Shown here: positions 1 through 8,982 of the stretch, one piece after another | How the letters are laid out: every line of letters starts with the position of its first letter | Numbering within the stretch: the first letter of the stretch is position 1 | Origin: Tricharina praecox | Lineage: Eukaryota | Direction of reading: 5' to 3' | DNA: 64,000 nt | Assembly (NCBI RefSeq): GCF_024521635.1 | Contig: NW_026250405.1 | Location: forward strand, 1,488,001-1,552,000 | Translations under genes and position numbers: made by a program | Notes under the pieces: model-generated | Seen by the model: the letters and a program-made list of their open reading frames with translations, nothing else | What the model was told of the DNA's origin: nothing | The model's database searches: none

Positions 1-2
1 AG

Positions 3-746
3 CTGTCCTCTGCCGGTCTGATCTACAAGCACTTCGCACCCGCCCTGATCTCTCTGCGACTGAACCAGCCAGTCTCGCACCCGTCGGTAGAGCTGCTGTA
101 CCAAAAGGTGTACAAGGAGTTTATTGAAGCGCTGGACGCAAACGACAACGGCATCAACGCCTACCCGGCGGATGTTGCGCCCGCGTTCAACACTGGCGGG
201 ATAACGCTCCCCTCCATGGTCGGTGCGCTGAACCCGAACTGGAACACCCCCGTCGACCAGGCGGGCGAGGACGCGCTGTTCCTGCAGGCGTCCAAGCTGA
301 TGGGCGAGACGTTCGCGCGCAAGCTGGACTACTACATCTCTGCGTGGCTGCCGGCCCGCGACTTCGTGGTCGATGCGATCAATAAGCGGTTTGAGCACGA
401 CAAGGACGGACGCATCCTCGTGTTTGCCAGCTCGATCCCGTGGAAGGATCATCTCTTCACCCTCGAGAAGGAATTGGGTATCACCGAGGAGGGGAACAAA
501 CCGTTGTATGTTCTCTACAGCGAGGGCAGTAAGCCGGGCTGGAGAATCCAGTGTGTGCCCGTTTCCAAGGATAGCTTCGAGAGCCGTAAGCCGCTGCCGG
601 ATGTGTGGCGCGGCGTCCGCGATGATGCTCTCAGCGAGGTCTCGGGCATTCCGGGAGGAGTGTTCGTTCACGCCAGTGGCTTCATCGGCGGGAACAAGAC
701 TTTCGATGGCGCGTTGGAGATGGCAAAGAAGGCGTTGGTCATGTAA
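3..746 (+). CDS. MYG1: MYG1/UPF0160 family exonuclease, 3' part (5' end outside window)
   Basis: The frame is open from position 3: LSSAGLIYKHF...EALDANDNGI...PWKDHLFTLE...WRIQCVP...SFESRKPLP..WRGVRD..LS..SGIPGGVFVHASGFIGGN. These are MYG1 family motifs. Stop TAA at 744-746. Confidence 0.93.
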   Translation: MSSAGLIYKHFAPALISLRLNQPVSHPSVELLYQKVYKEFIEALDANDNGINAYPADVAPAFNTGGITLPSMVGALNPNWNTPVDQAGEDALFLQASKLMGETFARKLDYYISAWLPARDFVVDAINKRFEHDKDGRILVFASSIPWKDHLFTLEKELGITEEGNKPLYVLYSEGSKPGWRIQCVPVSKDSFESRKPLPDVWRGVRDDALSEVSGIPGGVFVHASGFIGGNKTFDGALEMAKKALVM

Positions 747-914
747 TCTTCTGTTCTCTATCATACCTAGCTAAAAGCCTGAGGCTTGCTTCATTTCACG
801 TGCACCTTGCCTACTCTACCCCTGTCCCTGCCACGCAACTTAAACCCCCCCAAGTTCCAACCCCACGTGCAACCCCACCATTCTCTACAACGACCGTGAC
901 AAGTTGCCAACACG

Positions 915-1660
915 ATGGCCACCACCACCACCGTGCCAAAAAACCTCTACCACAAACGTCACGTCGCCGACGCCGCCGCAAAGCAGTGCGACATCTGCTA
1001 CCGCCCCAGCACGTGCGTGCTCATCACGCCGGACCAGAATGTACCCCCCACTCCCCATTCCACCCCCGACCGCGACCCTCTCAGCAATCGCACGCACGCG
1101 CGCTAAGACTTGGAGGTTCCTATGTAGGACTGGTTCTATATATGTCCAGGCCACCTGAAAGATCGTGGGTTCTGTAGTCCGGCGGGGGAGGAGAGGAAGG
1201 TGAAGGCGAAGGTGGAGGCGGAGGGCCAGGGCGGGGAGGGCGACGCGGAGAAGGAGAAGAGGGAGAAGCTGGAGAAGGAGAAGGAGGAGATTAGGTTACA
1301 GGTCATTAGGGAGTACGAGGAGAAGTTGGCGAAGAAGGGGAAGGAGAAGGGGAAGGATAAAGACAAGAAGGAGGAGGATAAGAAGGAGGGGGATAAGAAG
1401 GAGGATAAGAAAGACGGGAAGGATAAGGATAAGGAGGAGGACGAAAAGAAGGAGGAGGAGGAGCCGCGGATCTTTGTTTTGCACAAGTACTCCCTCCCCT
1501 CATGCTGCTGTTGGTGGTGGTAGTTGCTGACGATGGCTGTCGCAGGAAAATATTTGATCGCCGCGTCCTCCTTAAGCGGCAGGCAATCGCTGCGAAGCGG
1601 AATCTGGAGAGGATGAAGAATCCCGGATTCTGGCCGAGTGTTCCCAGCGGGCTGCCATAG
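915..1660 (+). CDS. VFA1: VPS4-associated protein 1 (Vfa1/DUF1742)-like, 3 exons (915-1040, 1128-1486, 1546-1660)
   Basis: The spliced product reads NLYHKRHVA..AKQCDICYRPSTCVLITPDQN|DWFYICPGHLKDRGFCSP, then a K/E-rich linker, PRIFVLHK|KIFDRR...FWPSVPSGLP*. Both introns are GT..AG with CTAAG/CTGAC branch points. Confidence 0.85.
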
Positions 1661-1761
1661 CCTTTCATACAATTCAATTCCTCATGATATAGATATTCTA
1701 TTACACAATGCACAATACACAATACACAATACACAATACACGCGCAAAAAACAGTCTATGT

Positions 1762-3360
1762 TTACAACTTCGCCTTCGGCAGCTTCGCCATCTCCTCAGC
1801 GACAATGCGTCTCTGAATCTTCCCGGTGGCCGTCTTGGGCATGTGCTCAGTAAAGAACCACTGAGTGGGGATCTTGAACTTTGAGAGCTTCTCTGAGACG
1901 AAGGTCTTCAGTTCCGCGGCGCTGGCGTTCTGTCCCGGCTTAAGAACCACTGCCGCAGCGACCTCCTGGCCATACATCTCACTCTCGATAGCGAAGCTGA
2001 CAGCCTCGCTGACCTTCGGATGCGCCGAGATGGCGTTGTCCACCTCAATCGGCGAGATCTTCTCTCCGCCGCGGTTGATTAGCTCCTTGATCCTGCCGGT
2101 GATGATGACATATCCATCTTCGTCCATCTTTCCCTGGTCGCCGGTGCGGAAGTAGCCGGATTTCGTGAAGGAGGAGGCGTTGGCCGATGGGTTATTGATG
2201 TATCCCTTGGTGACGTTCACGCCGCGGATACAGATCTCGCCCTCCTTGCCCTGCGGCAGCTCGTTGCCCGCATCGTCGAGGATGGCAACGTCCACGCCCT
2301 GGCCCACTCCGACTGTTCCCGGCTTTCTCTTCGCGGGAGGAAGGGGGTTGGACGTCATTTGGTGGGCTGCCTCGGTCATCGCATAGGCCTCCAGGACGGG
2401 TGCCTTCAGTGCTTCCTCGAGGGCGTGGAATGTAGTCGGTGACAGCGGCGATGAGCACGAGCGGATGAATCTGATCTCTGGGATTGGCGTAGGCAGCGGT
2501 GACTTCAGGAGAATCTGGTGGATCGTCGGCACCGCCGTGTACCAATTTGCCTTGTGCGTGCGAAAGTCGATCCAGAATGTTGACGCCGAGAACTTTGGTG
2601 GGACGATTACTGTGCCACCGGAGGCTAGGGGCGCAAGGAAGCCGGCGAGCAGCCCGTGGACATGGAACAGTGGCATCACCAAGTAGGTCCTGTCGCTAGG
2701 CGTGAGCTGGTAGGTGCGCGTGATATTCTCTGCCACGATCAATCAGCCACCGTCTCCACAGCACCGTCAATTGAAAAACAAACCCATAGTCCTGGTCAGA
2801 TTCTTATGTGTCAACGGCACGGCCTTCGGTCTCCCCGTAGTCCCGCTCGTATGCAACACCAGCGCCACATCCTCCTCCTGCGCGGTCTCCAGCTGCACAG
2901 CGCCTCCCAATCCGCCCCAGACCTTGAGATCCATCACCACCTCGCCCTTCGCCCCATCCCACCAAATCTCCGCCACGCCAGCCCCGAACTTCCGCGCCGC
3001 GCGCACCGCCGGCGCATCCGCCTCTACGGCGCCACGGGGGACAATAATAAGCTTGCTCTTGATATCGTCGATGAAGAACTCGAACTCGGCCTGCTTGTAC
3101 GCGGGATTCAGGGGAGCGGCGATGGCGCGCTGCGCCGCGACCGCAAGGAACGACACGATGAATTCCAAGGTGTTGGGCAGCGCGACCGAGACGGCAGAGT
3201 GCGCGGAGATGCCGATCGACGCGAGTCGCCGCTGGAAGCTCGAAATGTGCTGCTGCAGTTGAGCATAGCTTATCTCGGTGCCCGCGCCGCCGGTCCCCAT
3301 GGGGATGATTATTGCCGGCGTCTGCGACGACGGCGAGAAGGACGTGCTTAGTGTCGCCAT
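1762..3360 (-). CDS. PCS60: Peroxisomal acyl-CoA (oxalate-CoA) synthetase, 2 exons (intron 2730-2783)
   Basis: AMP-binding motifs LHTSGTTGRPKAV, EAYAMTE, YFRTGDQG, GRIKELINRGGEKISP and PKTATGKIQR; also APLNPAYK. The C-terminal AKL is a PTS1 signal. Confidence 0.92.
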
Positions 3361-4146
3361 TGCTGCGTATCGTGTTGTGTGTTGTGTGAGTGGTGGACGG
3401 GAGAGTGGAGGTAGTACAGTGGTGGTGGTACTGGTATGATATATCTCGTTTGTGGATTTGGCCCGAGGTCTCGTGCGATGACGTGAATTTGGGTATCCAA
3501 GGTGCCAGCGAGCCAGCCGGCGGCGCTACGGAAGGAGCGGGAGGTAACCGAGCGCTAAGTATCCAAAGAAAAGCGGTCTCCATCTATGTACTCCACAAAT
3601 GGATCTCGACGATTAACTAAGTGGAGGTACTGTATACAGTATCTACAAGGTCTTCTAGATCTCTCGCCAGTCTCAATCTCCAATTCCTTTACCCTCGACT
3701 CCTCCTTCTTCCACTCCTCCTCATTTTCCACGACTTCTCGTGCACCCCGAACAATCCAGTCCGCCTCGGTGGTACGGATGTGACACAGTTGGCAGTTGCG
3801 CACATACTTCCCATCCGATCTACCCGCCCCAGCGCTGGCCCGAACCCGCTGTGTCATACTTCGCGTAACGTAACGTCAACGGTAACGACTACAACGTACC
3901 CAGTACATATCCTCGAATTAAAGCGGAGCCCCCCACGGAACACGGACATCTCCGATGGACGCATGGCCTTGGGGATCCGTCAAGGCACGTTCATTCCCCT
4001 AAACCTCCCGTTCCACCTGTCCAAGGCCGCTGACCAGGTCTCCGCAGCCCACAGTCTATTAGCACACTTCAGACACCAGCAAGGCCACCACAGCCCTGCC
4101 TCCAAAGACACCTCCACACTCCCGCCGATCCAGATTATACCTTACA

Positions 4147-5569
4147 ATGTCATCGCAACGTAACAAAGCCAGTAAAAAAATGCACTGCCTACGGGCTCTG
4201 TGGGTTCCAATGACCAACGTCGCACTCCCACACATCTGGCCCCCCTCAATCCGGCAATAGGTTACTACCCACAGTTCGCACAGAATACATCTGTACCGTC
4301 CCAGGGTGCCTTCAGTGGATCACTACCAGAACTGCCGATATCCATGGCAAGTTCCACTGACGTCACTCCTCAATCGGTGTCACGTTCGCATAGTCAACAG
4401 AACTCGACCAACATGACACCTGATTCACTGAGAGGGTTTAAATACAACCTCACGCAAAGTCAACTCGCGGCGCCGTCCCGCAATGCAATGCCATCTAGCA
4501 ATGCAATGCCTTCCTCGCTTGCCATGCCAGCGGGCAACAACTGGCAAGTCGAAGGTGATGAGTACGGAAACCCCGGTGAAGAAGGCCCCGTGCAAGACAA
4601 CGAAGATGAAGATGAAGATGACGGTTGCGAGTCTCCACTAGAACCTATGGTAAGCCAGAATCGCAAGCGGAGGTACGGAACTCCCCTCGAAACCACCGAC
4701 ACTCTCTCCCACCAGAAGATGATCGACCGTCAGATGATGTCCGCTGCGAGACGTGTCTACGGCCGATACTTCAACATTAGTGACAGTCACGCGACATGCT
4801 TGTCCACAGGTTCTACCACGACTACCCGTCCAGCCATCCCATGCGCAAGAAGGTGCGTAAACATGTTCTCCAGTGGAAACGGAACTGGCAATGCAACATT
4901 ATCCGCGCCATCCGAGATCATGTCCGGAGCGAAGTGCAACGCCAGCCGAGCCTGCTTCAGTGGGATCAGGATACAGCGCTTACCCACTTCCACAGTATAT
5001 ATGATACGGAAACAATGGAATCGTCAATTCTCACCCCAATTAGCCGGGTCGTCGACGTCAAGGCAATCTGTCATGGTCCTGGGAAGCTTGCAGCTTTGTA
5101 CGTGACTTGGTATATCCATATGTACTGGCTTGTCCTCGCGGAAATAGCCCCGTATCTCACGTTAGATGACCCTGACCAACGTGCATCGATCACGGACCAC
5201 AAGTTCTCGCAGGTATTCTGCCATTCGTTCCGCACGCTTTCGCTTGAGGAGACCTACAACGAAGTTGGTATTGAGGACATTCCGGTCAAGCCTTCCCGCG
5301 GTGATAGTGGTAGTGTGGGGCGTAACAAGAAAGTGAAGAAGAGTCTGCCTGGGCTTAGCCAAATGCATCAGTACTTCAAGTCGTGGGACCCCCTCCAGTC
5401 CACTCGGATCGCGAGCATACGTCTCAAGATGGTGGCCCCCCAACCATGGATGCCGAAGACAACAACACGTTTCCCGGCTAAATGCTTATGCGGGCCAGCT
5501 CCCTTTCGTGGCTATCTCATGCCTTGTGATCTTGGAAGTAGGAGAAGGGGGAGGGGTAGAGGTGGATGA
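4147..5569 (+). pseudogene. Intronless hypothetical gene broken by at least two single-base frameshifts (probably TE-associated)
   Basis: The ATG 4147 frame joins ORF 4200-5105 if one A is added to the A7 run at 4174-4180. That frame joins ORF 4796-5569 if one base is added near 4785-4790. The joined product has an S/P-rich N-terminus, an acidic stretch, an NLS-like RKRR and a helical domain (RFYHDYP..MRKKVRKHVLQWKRNW). Confidence 0.5.
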
Positions 5570-6621
5570 GGAGGAATATGGGGACGAACGGCACGTTAGG
5601 GTTTTATGTTTTGCTTGAGGGAGTTTTGCAATGCGTTTCGGTTTTTTAGTAGTATCTTCAGCTTGATAATGAGATGTGTAGTAATGTGGAAGTTGTACAT
5701 CTACATCCATGAGTGGCAAGCGTATCGAGATGCGTTCTGGAAAGAGCTAGGGTTCATTATTTGTCACTCGTTGTTGGAAGGCGAGGTGTCTGTCGTGTAG
5801 GTACCTGCATAATTGGAGTTGTCGCAGTTAGCGATGATGGTAATATAGTATAGTGTCTTCGGCCCACCAGAACAGGCTGCGTGGTATGTAATAGTCCTGG
5901 GAGGAATTCGGGCACCAAAGAGCGTGGTCGGCTCAAATTTCAATTGATGCAGTCCGAACGGACTAGGTACCTACCTATTCCCCTTCCAAGCTCCAAGGAC
6001 GAGAAAGTGACGAACCACAAGCCGCGTACGGAAATATGGCAAACGTTCTTGAATGTACTCTCGCAAGCGCGCAGATGTATTGTATGGCGAGTGGAATCTA
6101 ACCCAGCCCAGACCTTGGACCACCTTGCCCGCCATAGCGAGTGGAAACGTCCAGGTAGCATCGAATGGCGCAATAGTTTCTTCCGAGCCATTGAGATGGA
6201 TGCCAATAACGGGTGATCTGGCCTCCACCAGCGCCGTCGGTTTCCCGTCATAGTTACCAAACGCCTAGGTACTTCATACATATCACTCGTGGATTGGCTC
6301 CAGACAAGATGACGCCGTGCCCGCACAGCCGCTCATCAGCCACTGGAAGCGGATCTGTCCTGATGGTAAAGATGTAGCCACGGTTGGCGAAGGCTCCAAG
6401 ATCGCCTCCAGCACCGTCCTCGCGGCCCGTGCTGAAGCTTCGACCAGACCCAGGGGCCAGCACACCCAACGGTATCACAGCCATACATCGAGGAAACACC
6501 GTTTGGTGAAAACCATTGCCCATACGTGGGGCCACTTCTCGTTTCGTCTTCACAGCCAGTAGCAGCGCAAAAAAGCGTGTCACGTGAAGTTACTGAGTGA
6601 TATCTAGTGCTCCGCCCGTCT

Positions 6622-6787
6622 TGCCAAAAACAAAAACAAAAACAAAAACCGTCACCACCCCCGGCGGGTGGCTTGGAAACCCCAAGAGCTGAACATAAAG
6701 TTCTTTTACCCGGGCTTGAACTGGGAACTTCGACTCAACTCCCCTCGCCGATTGCATGGCCTATCAAACCACTAGACCACACGGGGG
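6622..6787 (-). ncRNA. tRNA-derived Pol III-type unit (SINE-like head, hairpin and T-tract); not a functional tRNA
   Basis: Minus strand: A box TGGTCTAGTGG (6779-6769) within a D-arm-like stem GTCTA/TAGGC. T-arm/B box CCCAG-TTCAAGC-CCGGG (about 6725-6709). Then GGTTTCCAAGCCACCC-GCCGG-GGGTGG (hairpin) and (TTTTTG)4. The 3' acceptor strand and a clear anticodon arm are missing. Confidence 0.6.
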
Positions 6788-7031
6788 TTTTTCCGTGACA
6801 GAAGAAGCATTCCGCACTTTGTAAACTGGTAATGATGGATAATAGACGAGGTTTCGCGCTGGTGCTCGGTAGAGCACACGGCTACTCCGTGCCTTCCCGG
6901 ATAATGCAATAATAGGTGGCTGTATTTTCCACCATCTTGTCTTATATAAATGCCGTTTCTATGACGGTGCTAATTGCGCTAATATTTTTTGGTTCTATCA
7001 TCCATTGCGTGCGACCTTACTAGACTATGGC
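6622..7031 (-). mobile_element. Composite repeat, copy 1: LINE 3' tail + ~200-bp body + tRNA-like head
   Basis: The reverse complement aligns with 29001-29354. Identical blocks: 34 nt (6890-6923 = 29119-29152), 29 nt (6788-6816 = 29223-29251) and 16 nt (6666-6681 = 29316-29331). Confidence 0.8.
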
Positions 7032-7310
7032 GACCACCAACTTCCCGGCCTTTCCTGCCAGTTCCACGGGGTCTAGAGAGAAAGCTCTACCACCACGGTC
7101 CATTGCTGCGCCGTTGCCTACCAACCAATTTTACAAAGGAAAACATGATCCCACTCATTGTCCACACCGTCCGCAAACGAAATACCCTGTCGGGCACTCC
7201 TGTTCGGCTCCAGAGGCGTCGCTCTCCTCCTCGGCGCCGGTTGGCTACTGGGTGAGAGAGAGAGATCTTCCTGTTTTATTTCGCATGCAACCTATCTAGA
7301 CAATGGCGAA
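7032..7310 (-). mobile_element. Degenerate LINE 3' fragments
   Basis: 7280-7310 TTCGCATGCAACCTATCTAGACAATGGCGAA matches the LINE tail at 7571-7600 (ATTGCGTGCGACCTATCTAGATCATGGCAA). About 7200-7240 translates on minus as GAEEESDASGAE, resembling the LINE's EADEEDTASEASE. Confidence 0.5.
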
Positions 7311-7551
7311 TTGGCTACTGAGTGTGTGAGCGCTAAGTTCTAACTTGCTGCAAAGACCGAGTGACTTGACACATAAGCAATCTTCGCTGCTAACGACGAT
7401 CACCGGTTCGCTTCAGCTGCCCAAACCACCGATTTCAGCACGTTCTGTAGGCTAGGCACCTTAGGTGTGTACCAAAGCCACTGGAAACCCAAGTATGTGC
7501 GACGGACGGCAAGTATGCAACCGCAATATGTATGTTTGAAATCCAAGTCCT

Positions 7552-8982
7552 TTTTTTTGTTCATTCATTGATTGCGTGCGACCTATCTAGATCATGGCAA
7601 TATCATCTACACATGCCCCCCCGTGCACCCCCCCCCCCCGTTTCTACGCCACTGTCTAGCCTAACTATCGTCAGGCGGCCCGATGTGGCTTCCCCTGCCC
7701 TCCGCCCCGGCCGTTCCCAAAGATATGTCTCCGCCGTTCGCACTCGCCCCCGCACCCACACCCGTACTCGACCCCGCCCCCGCCCCCGCGCCCTCGAGTC
7801 GTCCCACCTCCACAGCAACTTTCTAGTCTGCTACTCTGCGCCGCTGAGCTCCTCAGCTTCGGCACCCTCCTCCTCCTCCTCCTCCTCCTCGAGTCGCCTC
7901 AGCTCCGCTCTCTCTTCCCGCTCCCTGAGCTCCCACTCGGATGCCTCACTTGCTGTATCTTCCTCATCGGCTTCTGGCATTCGTCTGTCCATATCGGTGG
8001 TGGAGAGGAACTCTAGAATGGCCTTGCTGCATCGCTCGTCTGCGAAGAGGTCCCGGAGTTTGAAGCGGTCTTTGCCCCTCCTTGTCTGCTTCCGGTCTTC
8101 TGCCCAGAGAGTCTTTTGCTGACTTTTCCATTCAGCGCAATTTTTGAAGAGGTGCTCCCGAGTCTGTGTCTTGTAGCGGCACCAGCCGCAGCGGGCATCC
8201 GGGCGGCTCTTGGTCCACTGTAGGTACTGGCCGGTGAGGCAGTGTCCTGCCTTGAGTTGGTAGAATCTCGAGGCGAGGCGCTTGGGGGCCATCTCCGGAT
8301 TTGGGTCAGGACGCTGGCCGGATTTCCGACTGTTCCGGTACTTCTTATGAGTGATTCGGTTGTCCGCCCATCCCTTGGCTTCTCTCCACTTGGCTTCGGA
8401 GATGCCGCGTTTCAGGTAGGCGAGCGATGGCGGTGGCAGAGGCCGGGTGCCATACTGGTGCAGGTAGCGGGTCCCTTCCACCCCACGGGCGGTGGGGTTG
8501 TCAGCTGCCAGCTTAGCCCATTCATCCGCCTTCTCGTTCCCAGGAACATCCTTGTGTGCCGGGCACCATCTGATCTCAATGGTGATCGCAGGTTCCCTTT
8601 GCCGGAGAGTGGCACTGTGTTTCCGTGCCTGGAGGGCATACTTTTGGCCGGGGCCAGGTTCATCGTGAATCATCCTCCTGATAGTAGCTTGTGCGTCGGT
8701 GTAGATAGTAGCTCTTCTAAGACATAGCGTCGGTTGGCGGCTGCTTTGAGTGCTCGAGCGATTGCTGCACATTCCGCGTCATAGGCCTCCTGTTGGAAGC
8801 CCATATGGACTTTGTGTCCCTTCCATTCGTCGCCGGAGCGCCAGACGACAGCGAAGCCGGCCGCTTTCGAGTCTGTCCGAGATCCGTCTGTGTACATAGA
8901 GAGTCCTGGGGGTTGTGGGCCCAACGTGTGCGCTTTCGCTGCGACTGCCTCGTCCACGGTGACTGTGAAATCAAGTGCTTGG
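7552..8982 (-). mobile_element. 5'-truncated non-LTR retrotransposon (Tad-like LINE: RNase H + CCHC zinc finger) with poly(A) tail and 18-bp TSD
   Basis: RNase H catalytic motifs YTDGS, AYDAECAAI, IYTDAQA and WCPAHKDVPGNEKADEWAK, plus CGWC..HLFKNC. One frameshift near 8718 splits ORFs 8670-8957 and 7831-8772. T-run at 7551-7558. Direct repeat GTTTGAAATCCAAGTCCT at 7534-7551 and 8983-9000. Confidence 0.92.

Noticed and set aside
3660..3800. Minus-strand acidic peptide (RTTEADW..ENEEEWKKEE) resembling a LINE ORF2 C-terminus
   Set aside because: The similarity is compositional only, and no LINE tail motif or poly(A) lies nearby.
4171..4183. Programmed -1 frameshift at the A7 run
   Set aside because: It does not form a canonical in-frame X XXY YYZ heptamer, and a second unrelated frameshift downstream indicates decay.
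6700..6787. Functional tRNA gene
   Set aside because: There is no 3' acceptor strand complementary to the 5' end and no clear anticodon stem-loop. Kept only as a tRNA-derived unit.
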